Source of the DNA: Clostridia bacterium
GTDB taxonomy: Bacteria > Bacillota > Clostridia > Christensenellales > CAG-314
Assembly: GCA_028698585.1 (NCBI GenBank)
Contig: JAQVWG010000005.1
Location: 5,983 to 69,982, forward strand
Direction of reading: 5' to 3'
DNA: 64,000 nucleotides
The translations under genes were made by a program, and so were the position numbers. The notes beneath the pieces are model-generated. The model was not told the origin of the DNA and did not search any database. It saw nothing but the letters and a program-made list of their open reading frames with translations. This document shows positions 10,223-18,095 of the stretch, one piece after another. Each line of letters opens with the position of its first letter. Position 1 is the first letter of the stretch.

Positions 10223-10251
10223 ATTATACATCAGTAAAATATAAAAGGCAA
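10223..10251 (-). promoter_or_regulatory. Candidate sigma-A promoter of the defence-type operon
   Basis: Minus strand reads TTGCCT, 17 nt, TATAAT. The -10 ends about 28 nt upstream of the ATG at 10194. Confidence 0.45.
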
Positions 10252-10367
10252 TAGCAAAGTGAAAACTTTTTCAATAAATCAAAAAACTTTTCAAAATTGG
10301 GACAATGGTATCGCAAATATTCAATCGTTAACAATATTCGAATTTCGCACCAACCGCCCCGCCAGTG

Positions 10368-10408
10368 ACAATCGCGTTTGAACTTACGTTTAAACGCGAT
10401 TGTTTTTT
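10368..10408 (+). terminator. Orphan rho-independent terminator-like hairpin
   Basis: Perfect 12-bp stem ACAATCGCGTTT / AAACGCGATTGT with a 12-nt loop, followed by TTTTT on the plus strand only. No plus-strand ORF lies upstream. Confidence 0.4.
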
Positions 10409-10625
10409 ACATATAATAAGTCACGGCGACTGTACATATTAGTAGCGGAGTTGCAGATATAGTGTGCCCGCTAGGCGAACCGTAAATAGAATGCGTTACT
10501 GCTACAATGCTCACCTTTCAAGTGCCATCGGGCTAGCCAGAAAAAAATACACTACAGTGGCATCTCTACGTTATCTGCACGATAATAAGCTAGTTTTCCA
10601 TTCTGCCTTACCCCACATGCTACAG

Positions 10626-12179
10626 CTATTCCTTTTGTGCGGACTCGTCAATATGACTAGCTTCTGTTTCGTCCTTTGACTGCTCTATGCCGTTAGCCCA
10701 CAATTCTTCTTTGTTTTTACCCGTTATCGTCTCGATATTATTAATCATCTCTTGTGGCAACTTGTCAAGATTACCGTCCGTCTTATAAGCGTCTATGCCT
10801 GCAATTACTGAGTCGAAACGCTTCTTGTTGACCTTATTGAAGCAAGCAAACACTAGACATATCAAGCAGAGAGCGATTGGTATTGCAATAAACATCCACT
10901 TGATTCCAAGAACTAAGCCTTCCGTTGCGTACTGATGTGGATCAAAGTCGATTGCAGAGCTCTTAATCATGTTATATGTATCTTTATCGAATCCCAACCC
11001 CTTCAGTCCTATACCCAACACGAGTACGGCTACGCCACTCGCAAACTTGCGTAAAAACGTAGTAACGCCACTATATATACCCTCATGACGTTTGCCGGTT
11101 ACAATTTCGTCTATGTCGTAGATATCCGAAAGCATTGACCATGTTGAGAGATTACCCGCCGAGGAGCCCACCGCGATCAAGACAGAAAAAATGCATAGTA
11201 CCCACAGCTGTGTGTCCGTGTAAACGAAGATGAATAGCAGTGACGTAATAATCCAAAGTGGCAAACCTATAAACAGTGGGAACACTTTGCCCTTCTTTTG
11301 TGCCAGTGCGCCGTTCACCAGCATAAAAATCACTTGAAACACCAACAGTATTCCGACCAATACCTCATAATATTGATATTTTAATATTACCAAATCAACG
11401 TAAAAAACAAATATAGCCAACACCAAATCGACAGCAATTTGGAAACTTAAAAATATTCCCAGAAAATTACAGTATGCTTTATTTTTGAATACCCCGAACC
11501 AATCCCTTAACGTTATTTTTTGCGGAGTCTCCAAGTTGGATTTCTCTTTAGTGCCCAAAAAGACGATTACCCAGGCAAGCGCAAAAAATACGCCTAATAT
11601 CAGTGCCATAATGAGATAGCCGTTCTTTTGTGCCTCGCCGTTAACATTGCCACCTACAAGTTTGATTATTGCGCTCGGAAGCACAGCGCACAATAGCGAA
11701 GACGCACCCGAAATGACCATACGTACCGTCGTAAAGCTCGTCCTCTCATTATAGTCGGACGTTATATCGGATAATATTGCATTATAGGGCACCATAACAA
11801 TTGTGAACGCCGTGCCGAACAACATGTATGCTAGCGTATGATAAATTGCCTTTCCCAGCTCACTCGAAATGCCAAATGAGTAGAAGAGCATCACGAAGGA
11901 AATGAATACTGGCAGTATACCTAATAAGAAGTATAACCTTCTTCTGCCGAATCTCGACCGTGTCTTGTCGGACAGTCTGCCGACAAGCGGATCGGTTACG
12001 GCATCCCATATTTTCCCAATAAAGATTATTACCGTGGCAGTTGCCACAGGTAATCCCTCGACTAGGGTAAGGAAATTCATATATAAGAGACTAAATACCA
12101 AAAATGCACCACCGCCGTACATATCACCGGCGCCGTATGAGAGCTTTGCTTTCAGTTTACCTAATTTAGAGTTGTTCAT
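10626..12179 (-). CDS. Glycoside-pentoside-hexuronide (GPH) family cation symporter (MelB/YicJ/YihO-like)
   Basis: About 12 predicted TM segments. GPH signature DPLVGRLSDKTRSRFGRRR. Start moved to the ATG at 12179 (GAGGA SD 6 nt upstream); the track start is a TTG. Confidence 0.85.
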   Translation of the reverse strand: MNNSKLGKLKAKLSYGAGDMYGGGAFLVFSLLYMNFLTLVEGLPVATATVIIFIGKIWDAVTDPLVGRLSDKTRSRFGRRRLYFLLGILPVFISFVMLFYSFGISSELGKAIYHTLAYMLFGTAFTIVMVPYNAILSDITSDYNERTSFTTVRMVISGASSLLCAVLPSAIIKLVGGNVNGEAQKNGYLIMALILGVFFALAWVIVFLGTKEKSNLETPQKITLRDWFGVFKNKAYCNFLGIFLSFQIAVDLVLAIFVFYVDLVILKYQYYEVLVGILLVFQVIFMLVNGALAQKKGKVFPLFIGLPLWIITSLLFIFVYTDTQLWVLCIFSVLIAVGSSAGNLSTWSMLSDIYDIDEIVTGKRHEGIYSGVTTFLRKFASGVAVLVLGIGLKGLGFDKDTYNMIKSSAIDFDPHQYATEGLVLGIKWMFIAIPIALCLICLVFACFNKVNKKRFDSVIAGIDAYKTDGNLDKLPQEMINNIETITGKNKEELWANGIEQSKDETEASHIDESAQKE

Positions 12180-12203
12180 ATTCAATCCTCGCTTTATTCT
12201 TAT

Positions 12204-12956
12204 TTAATTTGAATCGTAACCCAGATTGTAAGAGATTGCCCGTCCCGCAACTATCATCTTGTCAATGACAGTCTTCAAATGCTCGTTTTTCATCCTTTGT
12301 GCCGTGCCGGAAATACCGAGGCTATATATGCATTTCCCATTACCGTTGAAGATGGGAACCGCTACGCAAACAACGTTGTTACTCACTTCGCGGTTATCGA
12401 CGGCATAACCGCACTTGCGTATTGCTGCTGCCTCATTGCGCATCATATCTGCATTCCTTATCGTATTCTCCGTGTATATATCATAGCTTATCTCAGCCAT
12501 CGTTTTTTCGCGCTCGTCATCTTCCATATAAGCCAAAATACACTTACCTACAGATGAGCAATGTAATGGTTCGACCTTGCCTATCTGTGCGTTTACAACA
12601 ACACGCGAATCAACAAGCATTTGCTCGATGATTATGGCGCAATTATTGGAGAGCACAGCCAAGTGTGTAGATTCTTGCGTCTCTTCAGACAGCTTTTTCA
12701 TATTTATGCGTGCGACGTTTATAACCAGTCTGCTCGAGTAGAAATGACTGGAAAGATTAAGTATTGCGGGACCTATCTTGTATTTATGCGTGTCAGGATT
12801 CTTCTCAACGAAGTTGGACTCCTTCAACGTTTCCATAATACGATAAGCCGTACTCTTATTCACTCCGATTGCCCTTGCAATGTCGGTAACCCTAGCGCTC
12901 ACCCTTGTAGACAGAAACGATAGGGCATCTATACCCTTTTGCAGTGCCTTGCTCAC
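12204..12956 (-). CDS. IclR-family transcriptional regulator
   Basis: N-terminal wHTH VTDIARAIGVNKSTAYRIMETL plus an IclR-type effector domain length. GTG start overlaps the upstream TGA (GTGA). Confidence 0.85.
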   Translation of the reverse strand: MSKALQKGIDALSFLSTRVSARVTDIARAIGVNKSTAYRIMETLKESNFVEKNPDTHKYKIGPAILNLSSHFYSSRLVINVARINMKKLSEETQESTHLAVLSNNCAIIIEQMLVDSRVVVNAQIGKVEPLHCSSVGKCILAYMEDDEREKTMAEISYDIYTENTIRNADMMRNEAAAIRKCGYAVDNREVSNNVVCVAVPIFNGNGKCIYSLGISGTAQRMKNEHLKTVIDKMIVAGRAISYNLGYDSN

Positions 12957-13582
12957 TTAATGAACTCCTTAATAATGTATTGCTGTAGTACTTTGTCTTT
13001 ACACTCACCTAAAATCGCCTGTTTGAATCTTACGCTTTTCATTGCTGTTTCAACCAGTTCTTTATCAATCGTAGATAATATCTCAATGAAACTCTTATGC
13101 GTTGCCTTAGATATTCCCATTAATGTTCTCCTTGACGCCTGCTGACTTGCCTTGCGAGATTCTGGATAGCCCTTTCCAAACTCTGCGCTCATAAGCTTTT
13201 CGAATACATACTCAAGATTGACGTCCCCAGCCCAACCGAAGCCTTTGTTCAGCGCAAGTGAAATACAGTTTCCTCCATTAATCTGACCGAACAAGAATGC
13301 GTCAAGTGGTTCTGTAATAAGTCCGCAAAAAACGTTTGGGTATTGCATTGCCGAAATCAAAAAGCCCTCGCCCGTCCCACAACCACCTATAACAAAGTCC
13401 ACCGCGCCTAGATTAAGCAATATACCAGCCATAAGTCCGGTGTGGATATAGGTAAGCACAGGATAGCCCTCGCCCGTTTCCATTCCTACGTTAAAAATCT
13501 CATTTTCGGTTTTTGCAAGCGCATTTACAATGAATGAATTTTTGTCGCCTGCGGACACCTCACTGATAACCGCAATTTTCAT
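12953..13582 (-). CDS. RpiB/LacA/LacB-family sugar(-phosphate) isomerase, long form
   Basis: Catalytic-Cys motif FVIGGCGTGEGFLISA. ATGA overlap with the transketolase C-subunit gene. Confidence 0.75.
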   Translation of the reverse strand: MKIAVISEVSAGDKNSFIVNALAKTENEIFNVGMETGEGYPVLTYIHTGLMAGILLNLGAVDFVIGGCGTGEGFLISAMQYPNVFCGLITEPLDAFLFGQINGGNCISLALNKGFGWAGDVNLEYVFEKLMSAEFGKGYPESRKASQQASRRTLMGISKATHKSFIEILSTIDKELVETAMKSVRFKQAILGECKDKVLQQYIIKEFIK

Positions 13583-14547
13583 CTGGTTTTCCTCCTAATA
13601 GCTGTTTTTGCACTTATTACTATGTCGTCAGCCGTTAATTTAAGCGTTTTCATTAAGTATTCTTGAGTACCGACCTCACCAAATCGGTCATGAACTCCCA
13701 CTTTTTCGACGGGTACGAGGCAATTCGCCGTGACAATGTTATCCACTGCAGCACCCAAACCCCCAATAATATTATGATTTTCGCAGGTGACGATTGCGCG
13801 ACATCTTTTTGCCGTTTTAACAATCAAAGGTGCGTCAATAGGCTTTATCGTGTGCATGTCGATTACGGTAGCCTCAATATTTTCCTGTCTCAGCTTCTCA
13901 GCAGCGACAAGGGCTTCATATACCATAATACCCGAAGCAATCAAAGCAACGTCGTTCCCAAGGCGCAACACGTTTCCCTTTCCTATCTCAAACAGTGAGT
14001 TTTCGTCATAAATCTTCATAACCTTTTTTCGACATGTCCGAATATAGAAGTTGCCGTAGGTTCTTGCGACATATGGTACAAGTGTACTGAACATTGTGCC
14101 GTCGGCAGGCTCCACAATAGTGTAATTCGGAATGGCGTTTACAAGTGCAATGTCTTCAAACGGCATATGTGTGCCACCGTTTGTTGTCGCCGTAACGCCT
14201 GCGTCACCACCCACAACCTTGATATTCAGTTTCTGGTACCCCGCAGATAGAAACAACTGGTCGTAAGCGCGACGCGTGATAAATGTGCCAAAAGCGTGCA
14301 CGAAGGGTACGAAACCAACCGCCGAGAGTCCTGCAGAAAAACCAACTGCATGTGCTTCCATTATACCACAATTAACGCTTCTATCGGGGAATTGTTCAAA
14401 AAAACGTTTTGTCCCCATTGAATTACGCACATCTACTTCCACAGCAATTATTCTGTCGTCTTGCTCTGCAGAACGAATCAAGGCGTCGCAATAGTAGGCA
14501 CGCATCTCTTTCGTATCAAGACTGATTCTTGAAGCAAGTTTTACCAT
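13579..14547 (-). CDS. Transketolase, C-terminal (pyrimidine-binding) subunit, copy 1
   Basis: Typical split-transketolase B subunit (...NCGIMEAHAVGFSAGLSAVGFVPFVHAFGTF...). Overlaps the N-subunit gene. Confidence 0.9.
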   Translation of the reverse strand: MVKLASRISLDTKEMRAYYCDALIRSAEQDDRIIAVEVDVRNSMGTKRFFEQFPDRSVNCGIMEAHAVGFSAGLSAVGFVPFVHAFGTFITRRAYDQLFLSAGYQKLNIKVVGGDAGVTATTNGGTHMPFEDIALVNAIPNYTIVEPADGTMFSTLVPYVARTYGNFYIRTCRKKVMKIYDENSLFEIGKGNVLRLGNDVALIASGIMVYEALVAAEKLRQENIEATVIDMHTIKPIDAPLIVKTAKRCRAIVTCENHNIIGGLGAAVDNIVTANCLVPVEKVGVHDRFGEVGTQEYLMKTLKLTADDIVISAKTAIRRKTR

Positions 14548-15377
14548 AATGCCTCCTTAACCTTGCGATCGATTTCCGCTCTAGCGGACTCAGCCATCTC
14601 CTCATTTATCACCATATAGTGATTAAAGCCACTTGTTTCGGCAAAATTGCATCCATGTCCTTTCTCGGTATTAAGAATAAGCGCATAAGGTTTTTCCTGA
14701 CGATTTACAGTAAGTGCGTCAAATATCTCTGCGGTGTTGTGTCCATCTACCTCTTGAGTGCAAAAACCGAATGCGGAGAACTTATCAAGTAATGAGAACG
14801 GTTTACAGATATCCTCAGTATAGCCGTCAAGCTGCCGTTTATTATTGTCGACTAGTAGTACGATGTTGTGCATACAGCGATGGGCTATGAACTGCACCGC
14901 TTCCCAATTCTGACCCTCCTGTAGCTCACCATCGCCGACTATGCAGTATACCGTACTCTTAAGTCCTTTAATTTGGTTGGCGTATGCCACACCGCAGGCA
15001 ACTGACAGCCCTTGTCCGAGCGAGCCCGTACTAATATCAATTCCAACGGTTTTGAGCCTGTCGCAATGGCTGGGCAAGGTAGTTCCACCCTGATTTAATG
15101 TTGACATAAGTTCTATATCAAAGAACCCTTTATACGCAAGCGTCGCATATAGCGCAGGTCCACAGTGTCCTTTACTCAAAACAAGCCAATCTCTACATTC
15201 TACATATGGGTTGTGCGGGTCATCTCTCATAACACCGCCATATAGAACAGCAAGTAAGTCGCATATCGACATGCTCCCGCCTATGTGACCATAACCGGCG
15301 GCAGCCATAGCATCGATTGTCAGCTTGCGAATTTCTGCTGCATCGATAATCAATTGTCTGTTTAATTCTTCTTTCAT
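14541..15377 (-). CDS. Transketolase, N-terminal (TPP-binding) subunit, copy 1
   Basis: GHIGGSMS and GDGELQEGQNWEA TPP-binding motifs. ATGA overlap with the upstream gene. Confidence 0.9.
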   Translation of the reverse strand: MKEELNRQLIIDAAEIRKLTIDAMAAAGYGHIGGSMSICDLLAVLYGGVMRDDPHNPYVECRDWLVLSKGHCGPALYATLAYKGFFDIELMSTLNQGGTTLPSHCDRLKTVGIDISTGSLGQGLSVACGVAYANQIKGLKSTVYCIVGDGELQEGQNWEAVQFIAHRCMHNIVLLVDNNKRQLDGYTEDICKPFSLLDKFSAFGFCTQEVDGHNTAEIFDALTVNRQEKPYALILNTEKGHGCNFAETSGFNHYMVINEEMAESARAEIDRKVKEALW

Positions 15378-16567
15378 TTTCCGAACAGCAGTTTAAGAAA
15401 ACCTTTCTTTTTCGGTACTGCCTTATCCTCGTATCTGTCAAGGTAAATAGTTTCGCCCTTATTTGACGACTCAATAGCCGCAAGCGCGAATCTCAGCACC
15501 TCTCTTCCACACTCACCAGATAATATGGGTTCCGCACCATGAAGGACGGCGTCGATAAAGTTGTGCGTACTGTTTATGAAGGAATCCTGCCAATCATTGG
15601 CTTCCACCCAAAACTCCGTGACCTTACCGTCCCTGTACATAATGACCGGAGCAACCTCCGGTAGCAGAGTTGCGGTGCATCTAGTCAGCCACAACACGCC
15701 ACGTGAACCCGTAATTTCCATTCGCTCGTCGCAAGTATAATACTTAGATTCAATATACATTTCACTCGACGACGTTATATCCCATACGCCATATAATTTT
15801 TTATCCGCATATTTCCACATTACAACTGCGGGACAATCCTGCGTAATACCACCCACTACCGTCGTTTCATCTATCCATGCGTTCACCTTTTCTACTGCGC
15901 CGAACAGGTCGTAAAACAGCGAAAACTTGTGATATCCATCGTCAAATATCAGTGGTCCACCACCCGATAACGTATCATTGAGTCGCCACACCCAACTGAG
16001 TGGGTCAACACGCCAACCCGTTTGAGGGAGCTCTTTAGCACTATCGACACCCCTTGCTCTAAGCTTGACGCCGGGAGTATTGATGGAGTTTAACGCAGAG
16101 TTGTTCATTTTGTAACGTATTCCCTGAACCTTGCCGATTTCACCATTTCTAATGAGCTCTTTAAGCTTGATGTAAGGCGGATAGTGCACGAAGTTCTCTG
16201 ACACCTTCAGGATGACGCCGTTTTCCTTCGCGGCGGCAATCATTCTGTCGCACTCTTCAATATTCATTGCCATCGGCTTCTGTACAGCTACATGCTTCTT
16301 CGCTTTGAGCGCTGTAATCGCCATTTCTGCATGCAGATTGTGGGGTACGAGTAACTCAATTCCTACAACGTCCTTGTCATCGAGTAATTCCTCATAACTG
16401 TCATAAACCTTATTGATACCATGTTTATTAGCAAATGCAACGGCGACTGACTTCTTCTTGTCATATACTCCGTAGAGCTCGGCGTCCTCCCTGTCTTTAT
16501 AGCCGGCAACGTGGACCGTTGCAATTCTACCGCAACCTACAAGTACGAATTTTGCTTTGTTATTCAT
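15374..16567 (-). CDS. Gfo/Idh/MocA-family NAD(P)-dependent oxidoreductase
   Basis: N-terminal Rossmann motif FVLVGCGRIA; about 400 aa; GGAGG SD. Confidence 0.85.
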   Translation of the reverse strand: MNNKAKFVLVGCGRIATVHVAGYKDREDAELYGVYDKKKSVAVAFANKHGINKVYDSYEELLDDKDVVGIELLVPHNLHAEMAITALKAKKHVAVQKPMAMNIEECDRMIAAAKENGVILKVSENFVHYPPYIKLKELIRNGEIGKVQGIRYKMNNSALNSINTPGVKLRARGVDSAKELPQTGWRVDPLSWVWRLNDTLSGGGPLIFDDGYHKFSLFYDLFGAVEKVNAWIDETTVVGGITQDCPAVVMWKYADKKLYGVWDITSSSEMYIESKYYTCDERMEITGSRGVLWLTRCTATLLPEVAPVIMYRDGKVTEFWVEANDWQDSFINSTHNFIDAVLHGAEPILSGECGREVLRFALAAIESSNKGETIYLDRYEDKAVPKKKGFLKLLFGK

Positions 16568-16585
16568 CTGCCCCTCCTTTTCTAA

Positions 16586-18088
16586 CTATATAGTACCGTC
16601 CCATGTTGTAATCATTGTAGACTTCTTTTCGTCTTCGTCAAACCATCGTGTCGTAACAACTTTAGCCTCTGTATAGAACTTGTAGCCGTCCTTTCCCAGT
16701 ACATGATTGTCTCCGAAAAAACTCAGCTTGTGACCGTTAAAGGGGAACATGCCGACAGGCACGGGGATTCCGACATTTACACCCACCATGCCACCGTCCG
16801 TGCGACGAACAAACTCGCGTGCGTAATAACCGTTCTGCGTAAAAATTATACTGCCGTTAGCGTACGGGTTAGCATTCATCACGTTGATCCCCTCTCCAAA
16901 CGAATCGACTCTTTTTATGCACAATACAGGTCCGAATATCTCCTCGCGCCCGATACTCATATCCTCGCTAACCTCATCGAAAATTGTAGGTCCAATGTAG
17001 AAGCCGTTTTCGTAATTTTTGACTGCTACATTTCTGCCGTCAAGCACGAGTTTAGCTCCCTCGTTAATGCCTTTTTGAATCCAGTCACGAACAGATTTTT
17101 CCCTTTCGGGAGTGGCAACGGGCCCGAGTTTCGTGTCCACTATATATGCAGGTCCCACTTTTAACGCTTTTGCCTGCGCGACGATCTCAGCAACAAGGTT
17201 ATTTGCGATACTCCTTTCAACTACGACAACCGGCAGTGCCATGCACCTCTCGCCTGCACAGCCAAATGCGGAGTTGATTATACCGGCGGCAACTCTTTTG
17301 ACAGGTGCGTCGGCAAGCACAAGCGCATGATTCTTAGCTTGACACAGTGCCTGAACTCTTTTTCCAGCGGTGGTAGCGGTACCGTACACTTTTAAGCCAA
17401 CTTTCGTACTGCCCACAAAAGTGACGCCCTTAACGTCTGGGTGTGTTATTAGATTTTCGGACTCTGCGTTATCGCAAGTTATGACGTTTATTACGCCGTC
17501 TGGCATGCCTGCTTCTTTATACAGACCAGCGATTTTTAGTGCACTCTGTGGCGTAGGCATTGCCGCTTTCAAAACGATTGTGTTCCCACAAGCCACACAG
17601 ATAGGCGCCATCCACCCAAACGGTATCATTGCGGGAAAATTGAATGGTACAATTCCTACGAATACGCCCAGCGGTTCGCGGTAAGATACGACATCGTATC
17701 CAGAGGATGCATCTGACAAACTTTCGCCCATCATAAGGCTCGGTGCGGCAATAGCCTGCTCCGTTCCCTCCTGTGCCTTCAGCACGTCTCCCCTTGCCTC
17801 CTCTAGGTTCTTACCGTTTTCATATGCGACAAGTTTGGTGAGTTCGTCCATATCGCGTAACAACAGCTCCCGCACTTTATACAGAATCTGCACCCTTTTA
17901 ATCACAGGGGTTGCCGACCAAGCGGGAAATGCTTTTTTTGCATTACTCACGGCAAGCATTACTTCTTCGTGGGTGCAACATGGTACCTTTGCAATAATCT
18001 CTCCCGTTGAGGGATTGTAAGCGTCTGTGTAGATTGCCGTTCTGCTTTCTATATATTCATTGTTGGTAAAAAATCTTAGTTTTTCCAT
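16586..18088 (-). CDS. mmsA: CoA-acylating (methyl)malonate-semialdehyde dehydrogenase family (MmsA/IolA-like)
   Basis: Catalytic Cys context FGCAGERCMA and the family-typical C-terminal FPFNGHKLSFFG. Start set at the Met at 18088 (MEKLRFF...), which does not overlap the upstream gene; the track start is 18112. Confidence 0.8.
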   Translation of the reverse strand: MEKLRFFTNNEYIESRTAIYTDAYNPSTGEIIAKVPCCTHEEVMLAVSNAKKAFPAWSATPVIKRVQILYKVRELLLRDMDELTKLVAYENGKNLEEARGDVLKAQEGTEQAIAAPSLMMGESLSDASSGYDVVSYREPLGVFVGIVPFNFPAMIPFGWMAPICVACGNTIVLKAAMPTPQSALKIAGLYKEAGMPDGVINVITCDNAESENLITHPDVKGVTFVGSTKVGLKVYGTATTAGKRVQALCQAKNHALVLADAPVKRVAAGIINSAFGCAGERCMALPVVVVERSIANNLVAEIVAQAKALKVGPAYIVDTKLGPVATPEREKSVRDWIQKGINEGAKLVLDGRNVAVKNYENGFYIGPTIFDEVSEDMSIGREEIFGPVLCIKRVDSFGEGINVMNANPYANGSIIFTQNGYYAREFVRRTDGGMVGVNVGIPVPVGMFPFNGHKLSFFGDNHVLGKDGYKFYTEAKVVTTRWFDEDEKKSTMITTWDGTI

Positions 18089-18095
18089 TTCCTTT

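Noticed and set aside
1-10625. Possible mobile element (prophage, ICE or transposon) carrying the defence operon.
   Set aside because: No integrase, transposase, recombinase, tRNA target or terminal repeats are visible in the window. Only a compositional shift supports horizontal origin, and the left boundary is outside the window.
10464-10679. 71-aa plus-strand ORF overlapping the 3' end of the GPH transporter gene.
   Set aside because: It has a GTG start without an SD, is convergent with and overlaps a supported gene, and has no recognisable motif.
15220-15483. Same-strand overlapping ORFs in alternative frames (15220-15483, 18113-18460, 19750-20085).
   Set aside because: They overlap well-supported enzyme genes or promoter regions, lack an SD, and have implausible Arg/Cys-rich translations.
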